A stretch of 21,221 bases of DNA from Fibrobacterota bacterium. GTDB taxonomy: Bacteria; Fibrobacterota; Fibrobacteria; UBA11236. The stretch lies in assembly GCA_043753995.1 (NCBI GenBank), contig JAYUVP010000162.1, forward strand, positions 1 to 21,221, read 5' to 3'. Each line of letters opens with the position of its first letter. The stretch's first letter is position 1. The notes under the pieces were generated by a model. It made no database searches, was not told where the DNA came from, and saw only the letters and a program-made list of their open reading frames with translations. The translations under genes and the position numbers were made by a program. Of the stretch, positions 9,030-16,970 are shown one piece after another.

Positions 9030-9440
9030 CTATCCAAAATAGCCGGATGCTTGGGGTAAAAAAGCATCACGATAATGAAGCAATTCCATACCGGTGGAGG
9101 TCGGCTCCAGGGCGATGACATCGAAACGCATTGGCCGGTTTCTCGCATGGTTGGCGACGCAATATTGCTCGGCTACCCTTTGGATGCGGAGGATTTTGCG
9201 CCCATCAACGCGCGCCGCCGCCGCTCCCGAGGCCCCGGAACGATTCGCTTTCACTTCGACGAAAACCAAGGTCCCATCGCGATCGGCGACAATCAAATCG
9301 ATTTCATGCCGACGATAGCGCCAATTGCGGGCTAGTAAGGTGTAACCCTGGGCTTCCAAATGCCGCCAAGCTTGATCTTCGCCGACTTGCCCAACGGCAC
9401 GGCGATGCGGGGCCTGATTCCATTCGGCTAAATCATTCAT
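9030..9440 (-). CDS. yraN: YraN-family (UPF0102) putative endonuclease, 136 aa
   Basis: GxxGExxA, LARNWR, EIDLI, LVFVEVK and RFDVI motifs. ATG 9440 overlaps the kinase stop (ATGAATGA). Confidence 0.9.
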   Translation of the reverse strand: MNDLAEWNQAPHRRAVGQVGEDQAWRHLEAQGYTLLARNWRYRRHEIDLIVADRDGTLVFVEVKANRSGASGAAAARVDGRKILRIQRVAEQYCVANHARNRPMRFDVIALEPTSTGMELLHYRDAFLPQASGYFG

Positions 9441-10914
9441 AGGGGATGCCATAGGCCTGCCATTCGCGCACGGCGCCAGGCAAATTGGCTGAGCCTTCGA
9501 AGGTGATTTCAAAGCGTTGACCGATGAGGCCGACAGGGAATAGTTGGGCAGCTTCGGTATTGCGTAGGTTGAGTCGAATTGGCGTCAAACCTTCGGTGGC
9601 TACGCTGATTTGCCGGGGTGGGGGAAGAGCGAGGTTTTGTCCATTGGCTGGCAAACCTGCTTCCAGAGCGATTTGCGACCAGAGGATGGGCCGGCCAAAG
9701 TCAACCGTGATGACGGCTTGCGCCTTGGCATTGAGGCCCCAAGCTGTACTGCGCTTACCGTCAACTAGGACCAAGGGCGAAGCGGGATCGCCTTCTTGCA
9801 TCAAAGTTGAGGCAGGCCCAGCGATGGTGGACGGGGATAAGCGAGAAAACGTCGGAGGCAATTGGCGGCCAGCCCACATTTGATAGGCCTGCAAAGCAAG
9901 CACGCAGGCGAACAGCCCAAACAGAATGAAATTAGCGTAAGCAGGGCGTGGGGCTTCGAAGCTTTCCTCGGTGCCATCCCGGCGACGTGAGCCGCCCCGG
10001 CGATCGGTGATGCGTTGCTCGGGAGTTTTAGGCGCTTGTAGCACCTCGGGCGGTGGCGCGATTTCGAGGCCTACCGTATCCAAATCCTTGAGCAATTCAT
10101 CCGCATTGCGATAGCGCTCGGCCTTGTTTTTCTTGAGGCATTTGGCGGCAATGAGTTCCAGCCGCTTGGGAATCTCGGGACGAACCTTGCCGAGCAAGGG
10201 TGGCATTTCATTCACCTGCTTATAGGCTACAGCCAGCGGGGAGTCGGCGAGGAAAGGCGGTCGTCCCGTCACCATTTCAAAAAGGATGACGCCTAGGCCA
10301 TACAAGTCGCTTTGCCCGTCGACAATACCGCCTTCGCATTGCTCCGGAGCCATGAATTCCGGCGTGCCCAAGGCCATGCCCGTGGTGGTGATGCTCGGTG
10401 CGTCAATAGCTTTGGCAATGCCGAAATCGCTGATATAAACCTTATCGCCGGCCTCGACCATGATATTGCCCGACTTGATGTCGCGATGCACGATGTCATT
10501 GGCATGCGCGTATTTCAAACCACGGCAAATCTGCTTGGTGATGGCGATGATGCGATCGAATGCCAGCGGCTTTTCACGTTGAATGATGCGATTCAAGGTG
10601 GTGCCAGCAATGAATTGCATAGCGATGTATTTCTGTCCGTCCACTTCACCATAATCGTAAAGGGTCACGATATTTTGATGTTGAAGCCGAGAAATCGCCA
10701 AGGCCTCGGCATTGAAGCGATCGGAGAATTCAGGCGATCGGGCCAGTAAATGGGGGAGTACCTTGAGTGCTACGGGTCGATCGAGTCCATTTTGCATGGC
10801 CTTATAAACATCGCCCATGCCACCGCGGCCAATATGATTGGCCAGGGTATAATTGCCGAAAAGGCTACCGGCGACTAGGCCTTGATTTTGCGACTGGGCT
10901 GTGCTTGGCTGCAT
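9433..10914 (-). CDS. Membrane-anchored Hanks-type Ser/Thr protein kinase with extracytoplasmic discoidin/F5-8-like domain, 493 aa
   Basis: IGRGGMGDVY, VALKVL, HRDIKSGN, DFGIA, GTPEFMAPE, SDLYGLG kinase motifs. TM helix FILFGLFACVLAL. C-terminal LVDGKRSTAW...ITVDFG pattern is typical of discoidin-like domains. Confidence 0.92.
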   Translation of the reverse strand: MQPSTAQSQNQGLVAGSLFGNYTLANHIGRGGMGDVYKAMQNGLDRPVALKVLPHLLARSPEFSDRFNAEALAISRLQHQNIVTLYDYGEVDGQKYIAMQFIAGTTLNRIIQREKPLAFDRIIAITKQICRGLKYAHANDIVHRDIKSGNIMVEAGDKVYISDFGIAKAIDAPSITTTGMALGTPEFMAPEQCEGGIVDGQSDLYGLGVILFEMVTGRPPFLADSPLAVAYKQVNEMPPLLGKVRPEIPKRLELIAAKCLKKNKAERYRNADELLKDLDTVGLEIAPPPEVLQAPKTPEQRITDRRGGSRRRDGTEESFEAPRPAYANFILFGLFACVLALQAYQMWAGRQLPPTFSRLSPSTIAGPASTLMQEGDPASPLVLVDGKRSTAWGLNAKAQAVITVDFGRPILWSQIALEAGLPANGQNLALPPPRQISVATEGLTPIRLNLRNTEAAQLFPVGLIGQRFEITFEGSANLPGAVREWQAYGIPYE

Positions 10915-10923
10915 ATGCCCACA

Positions 10924-10929
10924 AGTATA
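10924..10929 (-). promoter_or_regulatory. Putative -10 element (TATACT) immediately upstream of the kinase start
   Basis: The minus strand reads ccTATACTtgtgggcatATG: 9 nt to the ATG and no SD sequence. Confidence 0.4.
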
Positions 10930-10989
10930 GGTCGGCTAATGCCTCGGGCGCCCGCGAAAACACGCGAAAAATAAGGGCTTTCCGGCGCC

Positions 10990-12189
10990 TTAGCGCAAAT
11001 CGGCGAGACCCTTTTGCAAACGCTGTAAGGCGCGATCGAGATAATCCGTTGAGTTTGCAAAACTTAGGCGTAGCCATCCCTCGGCGCCGAAAGCCGAGCC
11101 GGGAACCGTGGCTAATTGGCAATTCTCAAGCAGGTAACGGGCTAACGCCATAGAATCACGCAGGACCACCCCTTGCGGCGTTGTCAGCCCCAAGGTTTTC
11201 TCGATATCGCAGAAGGCATAGAATGCCCCTTGTGGCTCGAAGGCATGCAGTCGCGGCATGTTCGCAAGGCGTTTCCATGTGAAGATGCGCGCCTCGTCGA
11301 AGTGAGCGCGCATGGTGGGTAAAAAATCCAAACCTTGTTGCAAGCAAGCCAAGGCCGCATATTGCGTGGCATTGGCGGGATGATGGGTACCATGACTGTG
11401 AATGGCCGTCATGCCCTTCAACCAAGCAGTAGGAGCTGTGACATAACCCAAACGCCAGCCTGTCATGGCGAAAGCCTTGGACATGCCATTGATGGTGGCC
11501 GTGCGTGCGGCTAGGTCTGGCGAAAGGGAGGCAATGCTGGTCGGTTTGAAATTGCCATAGGTGATATGCTCGTAAATCTCATCGCTGAGCACATAGAGAT
11601 CGTGACGAGTCACTACTTCGCCTAGTTCAGACAATTCCTTGGCGGAATAGGCCGCTCCTGTAGGATTGCAAGGTGAATTCAAAATCAAAAGCTTGGTCTT
11701 GGGGGTGACGAGAGTCGCCAGCTTTGCCCCGCTGAGTTTGAAGCCTTCCACTGCCGTGGTTTCGGCGATGACTGGCTTGCCGCCTAGAAAGCGAACCAAT
11801 TCAGGGTAGGTAGTCCAATAGGGAGCCGGGATAATGACTTCGTCGCCATCATCAATGAGGGCCAGCAGGGCATTGAAAACCGCATGCTTGGCTCCGCTGG
11901 TGATCAGCACCTCGTCGGCGCGGCAGGCGATGCCATTCTCGCGCCGGAACTTCTCCGCCACGGCCTCGCGCAATTCAGGCAATCCCGTCACGGCGGAGTA
12001 ACGGGTGCGCCCCTCGCGCATAGAGCGAATCGCGGCTTCGACGGCGACCTCGGGTGTCGGCAAATCCGGCTCGCCCGCTCCCAGGCTAAGCACATCCAGG
12101 CCTTCGGCCAGCATTTGCTTATAGCGGCTGTCTATGGCCACAGTCTGGGAAGGGCCAATGCGGCCAATGCGAGAAGAAAGCGCTTTCAT
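10990..12189 (-). CDS. aspC: PLP-dependent class I aminotransferase (aspartate aminotransferase-like), 399 aa
   Basis: LGAGEPD, GAKHA, LNSPCNPTG, SDEIYE, PLP-lysine motif SKAFAMTGWRLG, VPGSAFG..LRLSFA. Confidence 0.88.
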   Translation of the reverse strand: MKALSSRIGRIGPSQTVAIDSRYKQMLAEGLDVLSLGAGEPDLPTPEVAVEAAIRSMREGRTRYSAVTGLPELREAVAEKFRRENGIACRADEVLITSGAKHAVFNALLALIDDGDEVIIPAPYWTTYPELVRFLGGKPVIAETTAVEGFKLSGAKLATLVTPKTKLLILNSPCNPTGAAYSAKELSELGEVVTRHDLYVLSDEIYEHITYGNFKPTSIASLSPDLAARTATINGMSKAFAMTGWRLGYVTAPTAWLKGMTAIHSHGTHHPANATQYAALACLQQGLDFLPTMRAHFDEARIFTWKRLANMPRLHAFEPQGAFYAFCDIEKTLGLTTPQGVVLRDSMALARYLLENCQLATVPGSAFGAEGWLRLSFANSTDYLDRALQRLQKGLADLR

Positions 12190-12201
12190 GTCGTGGTGCG
12201 C

Positions 12202-13914
12202 TTATTCGTCGGTGACACAGCCTTGCGAGGCCGTGCTGACATTCTTGATGTACTTGTAAAGCGTGCCCTGGGTGGCCTTGTAAGCCGGGGCTTTCCAGGC
12301 GGCGCGGCGCGCGGCGATTTCCGCGTTGGTGATATCGGCTTCGAGGCGATTGCTCTTGGCGTCAATGGTGACAACGTCGCCGTCATGCAGCAAGGCGATG
12401 AGACCGCCGAGCTGGGCTTCGGGAGTCACATGTCCCACCACGAAACCATGCGTGCCGCCGGAGAAGCGTCCATCGGTGATCAAGGCCACGCTTTTGCCTA
12501 AACCCGCGCCCATGATGGCCGAGGTCACGGTGAGCATTTCACTCATGCCAGGCCCGCCGGTCGGCCCTTCATAGCGAATCACCACCACATCGCCGGCTTT
12601 GACGGCTTTTTTCTCCAAGGCGAGAAGGCAATCCTCTTCCGACTCGAAAACCTTGGCCGGGCCGGTGAATACCAGGCCTTCCTTGCCGGTGATTTTAGCG
12701 ACGGCGCCACCCTCGGCGAGATTGCCATAGAGAATACGGATATGCCCGCTTTCCTTGATGGGGTTTTTCAAGGAATGCACCACATCCTGACCCTCTTTGA
12801 GGCCGGGCAAATCTTCGACGTTTTGCGCCAAAGTATTTCCCGTCACGGTCATGCAATCTCCATGCAGCATGCCTTCCTTGACCAGGAATTTGAGCACGGC
12901 GGGAACGCCGCCGACGCGATGCAAATCTTCCATCACGTATTTGCCGCTGGGTTTGAGATCCGCCAGGAAGGGCGTCTTGTCGGAAACCTTCTGGAAATCA
13001 TCGATGGTGAGAGGCACGCCGGCCGCCTTAGCCATGGCAATGAGATGAATCACGGCATTGGTCGAACCGCCGAGAACCATGGTGATGGTCATGGCATTTT
13101 CGAAGGCCTTGCGCGTGAGAATGTCACGCGGCTTCAAATCGAGTTCAAGCAGCTTGCGCATGGCCTTGCCGATTTGCAGGCACTCGCGGAATTTCTCGTC
13201 GCTCACCGCCGGGGAGGAGCTGTCGTACGGCAGGGCAATACCGAGGGTCTCCAAAGCCGTAGCCATGGTATTGGCGGTATACATGCCGCCGCAAGCGCCT
13301 TGTCCCGGACAAGCTTTTTTCAAAATTTCATTCATGCCGTCGAGGTTTAATTCCCCGCTGACATAACCGCCATAGGCTTCGAAGGCCGACACCACGTCAA
13401 GTTTTTTACCATCGTGATAGCCGGGCAAAATGGTGCCACCATAAACGAGTATGGTCGGGCGATTCACGCGGGCCGCCGCGATGGCCGCCCCGGGCATATT
13501 CTTGTCGCAGCCCACGAGGCTGATATTGGCGTCATACCACATCGCACTCATGACGGTCTCAATGGAATCGGCGATGAGATCGCGCGATTGCAATGAAAAG
13601 TTCATGCCCGACGTGCCCATGCTAATGCCGTCGGAAACGCCGATGGTATTGAAAATCAGGCCGACCAAGCCTTCTTCCTGCACGCTTTTCTTGACATGCC
13701 GCGCCAATTCATTGAGATGCATATTGCACGGATTGCCTTCATAACCCGTGCTGGCAATCCCCACTTGCGGCTTTTTCATGTCCTCGTCGGTGAGGCCAAT
13801 GGCATAAAGCATGGCCTTGGAAGCCGGTTGCGAAATGGCCTGGGTCAGACGCGAGCTGTACTTGTTCTGCTGCAAATTCAGTTTAACCGTGGGCTTGTCC
13901 GTCGACGTGCTCAT
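12202..13914 (-). CDS. ilvD: Dihydroxy-acid dehydratase, 570 aa
   Basis: [65 protein letters not shown]. Confidence 0.97.
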   Translation of the reverse strand: MSTSTDKPTVKLNLQQNKYSSRLTQAISQPASKAMLYAIGLTDEDMKKPQVGIASTGYEGNPCNMHLNELARHVKKSVQEEGLVGLIFNTIGVSDGISMGTSGMNFSLQSRDLIADSIETVMSAMWYDANISLVGCDKNMPGAAIAAARVNRPTILVYGGTILPGYHDGKKLDVVSAFEAYGGYVSGELNLDGMNEILKKACPGQGACGGMYTANTMATALETLGIALPYDSSSPAVSDEKFRECLQIGKAMRKLLELDLKPRDILTRKAFENAMTITMVLGGSTNAVIHLIAMAKAAGVPLTIDDFQKVSDKTPFLADLKPSGKYVMEDLHRVGGVPAVLKFLVKEGMLHGDCMTVTGNTLAQNVEDLPGLKEGQDVVHSLKNPIKESGHIRILYGNLAEGGAVAKITGKEGLVFTGPAKVFESEEDCLLALEKKAVKAGDVVVIRYEGPTGGPGMSEMLTVTSAIMGAGLGKSVALITDGRFSGGTHGFVVGHVTPEAQLGGLIALLHDGDVVTIDAKSNRLEADITNAEIAARRAAWKAPAYKATQGTLYKYIKNVSTASQGCVTDE

Positions 13915-14007
13915 GAGGAATCCCGGAGAGAGGAGAGCCCCCTAATTTAGCAAGCGCAAGCTAGGGCGTTGACGACGGGGTTTGCCCCGAGGTTTGCCAT
14001 TAGGTCA

Positions 14008-14117
14008 GAGGATTTGGGGCCGACGGCGCCTCTGGGGCGACGCGCTTCGCGCTCGTTTTCGGCCACCCCCCTCGCTTGCGGGTTTCACTTGCGGCCTCAC
14101 CTGGGGTGAAGGTGAGG
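14008..14117. repeat. GC-rich inverted-repeat cluster (REP/MITE-like or structured RNA) between ilvD and the low-GC operon
   Basis: Outer stem ggccga(14018-23)/tcggcc(14059-64), extendable to gagg/cctc, enclosing cgcc/ggcg and gcgc-ttc-gcgc hairpins. Followed by a perfect 8-bp hairpin cctcacct-ggggtga-aggtgagg (14095-14117). Confidence 0.45.
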
Positions 14118-14298
14118 GAATGCTTCGGGAAGGGAATTATGACCAAGCTGAAATAGGAAGGGGCAAATATAAAGCCATCAGCGTTTACAAGTCGTGTTGC
14201 TGAAATTACCCTTTCTTCACGAATCCCAATTCTTGGTGCAAAAGAGTCCACATTGGATCCCTCATTTTACGCGTTCAATAAATGCGAGAAAGACAAAT

Positions 14299-16458
14299 AT
14301 GTACAGAGGGGCAAAAACCTACCTCACCGGTATTATGGGTATCGGAATGGCTTTTATCGTAGCTTCGTGTGAACCACCTAGACATTCACAGGCATACGAG
14401 TGCATACAGGATGGGAGCATTGTGGACCAGACGGTAATGGTTGCGTCGGGTGAGGATGTCTATTTCGGGAGTTTGGAGAACCAGAGTCCTCAAGGTTGTG
14501 TGCGAGTCTGGCATTATGTTTCCGTAGGCGGTGGAAGACAGTACCAATGCAGGACCGAAGATGGAAATTGGAATTTGAAGCGTTCCAAAACCACCCCTGA
14601 AAATGATCCCTGGTCGAGCGGTCGTTGCGAGGATTTAGGTCGTCCCACTACCCCCACCATCCTCAGTGTTTCGAGTTCTGGTCTTGTAGAATGGACCGCA
14701 TCCTTAAGCAATATTGTGGGGCACGAAAACGACCATCCCGATGGATATTTCCTAGTCACTTCGACCATGCCGATTAGTGATGAATTTTTTAGAGACAAAT
14801 TGTCAAGGCGCGAGTACCTACTAGTCTCAGCCTCCTCCTCGACTACTGAGTCATTTAGACTCAGCATAGGGCCGGGCAATTATTATCTGCGAATACAAGC
14901 CGAAAACGCCAATGGTGCGCAGGTTTCGGGCTTGAGCGCGGAAAAGCCATTTTCGATTGAGTCTAATGGCGTATCCATTTACCCAAACCCCATTGCTAAA
15001 AGTGGCATCACCCGAGCCCGGTTGACTTTAGGTAGTAATTATTCGGGAAACTTTTCCGATTTGACGCTTAGAGTGGCAGGTACAACGGTTGCCGTTAAAC
15101 AGGATATCGACAAGAATAATGTTTTTTATTTCACCCCGCCTGTTCCCACTTCGAATAGTGCCATGTCGCTTCATATTAATAGCGGAGCTACAGGAAATAT
15201 CGATGATCCCAATGCCATAGGTGTCAAAACCGATTATGCCGAACAAGTCAATGCCATTTTGCAGGGGAATATTGTTGATGTCGAAGAGGCTTTTTCGGAC
15301 GTCAAGGGTTTGGGATTGGTCGGAGTTGAGGCTCAAGCGCGATTCATAGATGAAGCCTATGCAAATGCCCAGCCAGCGGTGGATATTCTGCAAAACCTGT
15401 GGCTAGAATTTGGTACTAGGGATAATGCTCAAGTGGGTTATACGTTTACCAGTCATATCAAAGAGTCTCAAGATTTAGTGGAAAAATTATTCAAGACCTT
15501 TGGTCCTATTGTCTCTAGCCCTGTGGCCAAGCAAGCCGCAGGTGAGCCACAGTGGGGCAGGTCGGGCTGGTTCAGCGACGTGAAAAAACTTCTTGATGCC
15601 GGTGAAACTTATTATTTCAAAAGGGTTGGGAATGCCATGTACGTGGCTGTGAAAGCGGATGCCTATAATCTACAGACTTTTGTGAATCAAACCGCCGGAA
15701 TGACTATAACGGAAGCTGTGGCAGCGAATCCAAATGCTAGGCTGGTATTCAACGGCAGCGTTTTCCGTTATATGAGCCGAGATAAGACCTATAAGGAGCC
15801 GCTGATTTCAGCCGGAATCGTGATCAATGACGGAACTGTACAGCCCACATCCTGCGCGGAGCTTACTCAATCTCCGTTGCCAGGCTGTGAGCAACTTGCA
15901 AAGTGGCGTTGGTGGTTTGGACAGCTCTATAATGGGACATACCAGCATGGCGGGAGATTGAAAAGTGGGCCAGATGTGCTTCAAACCAGTGGACATCCCC
16001 CCTTGCCTCACAAGCCACCCTTGACCACCGACCTCAAATCTGCCATTGGTGGCTTGTACATCTACATAACCGATAGGACCACCTTGACATCCAATCCCAA
16101 TCCAGGCCGTCATATTGTAACAGCAATTGAGGACAATGATTTGGGAGTTTTCCAATCAATTAAGGGTGTATTTGGAGGGTGGGGTGGCATTGCCTATGAT
16201 AGCGACACCAAAATTCTCACTGTCTTTAGCAAGGCTTCCGGCACGTATCAGAACCTCTCGGGTGACGTTCAGGCGCTATTTGATATGGGTGCGGATTGGT
16301 GCGTCGGGACGGACGGAGGTAGCTCTGCAGCTTTAGCTCTCCAAAAACCCGGTGTCGGTCAATTTGAATATTTGGCCCGTTCAGGGCGACATGATGACTC
16401 AAAAAGACCCGTAGAAGATCAAACCGTTACCAATTATTTTGTCTTAGTTCCGAAATAA
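14299..16458 (+). CDS. Lipoprotein: Cys-rich N-domain, FN3-like, IPT/TIG-like, helical linker, C-terminal divergent phosphodiester glycosidase (NAGPA/DUF2233)-like domain, 719 aa
   Basis: Start moved to ATG 14299, giving lipobox VAS-C at residue 24. FN3 pattern (VEW...GY...GNYYLRIQAENANG). NAGPA-like motifs in order: ARLVFNGSVF, GIVINDG, AIGGL, GIAYD..KILTV, MGADWCVGTDGGSS, TVTNYFVL. Confidence 0.7.
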   Translation: MYRGAKTYLTGIMGIGMAFIVASCEPPRHSQAYECIQDGSIVDQTVMVASGEDVYFGSLENQSPQGCVRVWHYVSVGGGRQYQCRTEDGNWNLKRSKTTPENDPWSSGRCEDLGRPTTPTILSVSSSGLVEWTASLSNIVGHENDHPDGYFLVTSTMPISDEFFRDKLSRREYLLVSASSSTTESFRLSIGPGNYYLRIQAENANGAQVSGLSAEKPFSIESNGVSIYPNPIAKSGITRARLTLGSNYSGNFSDLTLRVAGTTVAVKQDIDKNNVFYFTPPVPTSNSAMSLHINSGATGNIDDPNAIGVKTDYAEQVNAILQGNIVDVEEAFSDVKGLGLVGVEAQARFIDEAYANAQPAVDILQNLWLEFGTRDNAQVGYTFTSHIKESQDLVEKLFKTFGPIVSSPVAKQAAGEPQWGRSGWFSDVKKLLDAGETYYFKRVGNAMYVAVKADAYNLQTFVNQTAGMTITEAVAANPNARLVFNGSVFRYMSRDKTYKEPLISAGIVINDGTVQPTSCAELTQSPLPGCEQLAKWRWWFGQLYNGTYQHGGRLKSGPDVLQTSGHPPLPHKPPLTTDLKSAIGGLYIYITDRTTLTSNPNPGRHIVTAIEDNDLGVFQSIKGVFGGWGGIAYDSDTKILTVFSKASGTYQNLSGDVQALFDMGADWCVGTDGGSSAALALQKPGVGQFEYLARSGRHDDSKRPVEDQTVTNYFVLVPK

Positions 16459-16970
16459 TGCGCACGTCATCAAGGCCATCTATTGTTGGAACTATTCGAA
16501 AAATGCATCCCCTGCTCAAAGGAGTCACGCTTTGCGTTGTCCTGGCTCCATGGGGGGTCCTTAATTTCTGGACTAGCTTTCAAACAATCATTTCGCTTGA
16601 TTGTCCTGGCTGTTGGGAACGATCTTGCATTGCCTTTTTTGGGTTTCCTTTCCTCTTCGCGGTGGTTTGCATTGTTCTTTTCCTCAGATGGCGTCAGAAA
16701 TTAGGTGCCTTTTTCGGTGGGTTGTCCCTCTTTTGGGCTCTCATGATTGTATTGGAATCTGATATGGTCCTAGTGGGACTTTTTTTGAATGCCGACCCAT
16801 TCCTTTTAAAACAGAAAAGAGTTCTCTCTCCCGAGTGGCAGCCGTCGGATATGGATACGACTCGGATATTCGGGATCCCACCGGATGCATACGTCCCTAA
16901 TATCAAGCGTTGGGACATGTATCGGCGAATTAAGAATCAGAATCAACAAATAGAGCGGAGCAAGCCATGA
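16458..16970 (+). CDS. Hypothetical integral membrane protein (about 3 TM helices, CPGC motif), 170 aa
   Basis: TAATG overlap with the upstream stop and ATGA overlap with the downstream start. Three long hydrophobic segments, with LDCPGCWERSC between the first two. Confidence 0.75.
   Translation: MRTSSRPSIVGTIRKMHPLLKGVTLCVVLAPWGVLNFWTSFQTIISLDCPGCWERSCIAFFGFPFLFAVVCIVLFLRWRQKLGAFFGGLSLFWALMIVLESDMVLVGLFLNADPFLLKQKRVLSPEWQPSDMDTTRIFGIPPDAYVPNIKRWDMYRRIKNQNQQIERSKP

Noticed and set aside
13947..14000. ilvD attenuator leader peptide (MANLGANPVVNALACAC on - strand) or T-box
   Set aside because: Little Ile/Leu/Val enrichment, no terminator hairpin with U-tract before ilvD, and no T-box motif seen.
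14194..14298. TTG start at 14194 for the lipoprotein
   Set aside because: ATG 14299 gives a normal-length lipoprotein signal peptide; the extension looks non-coding.
14971..14991. SIYPNP as a T9SS C-terminal sorting domain
   Set aside because: It is internal and is followed by an IPT/TIG-like sequence, not a terminal CTD.
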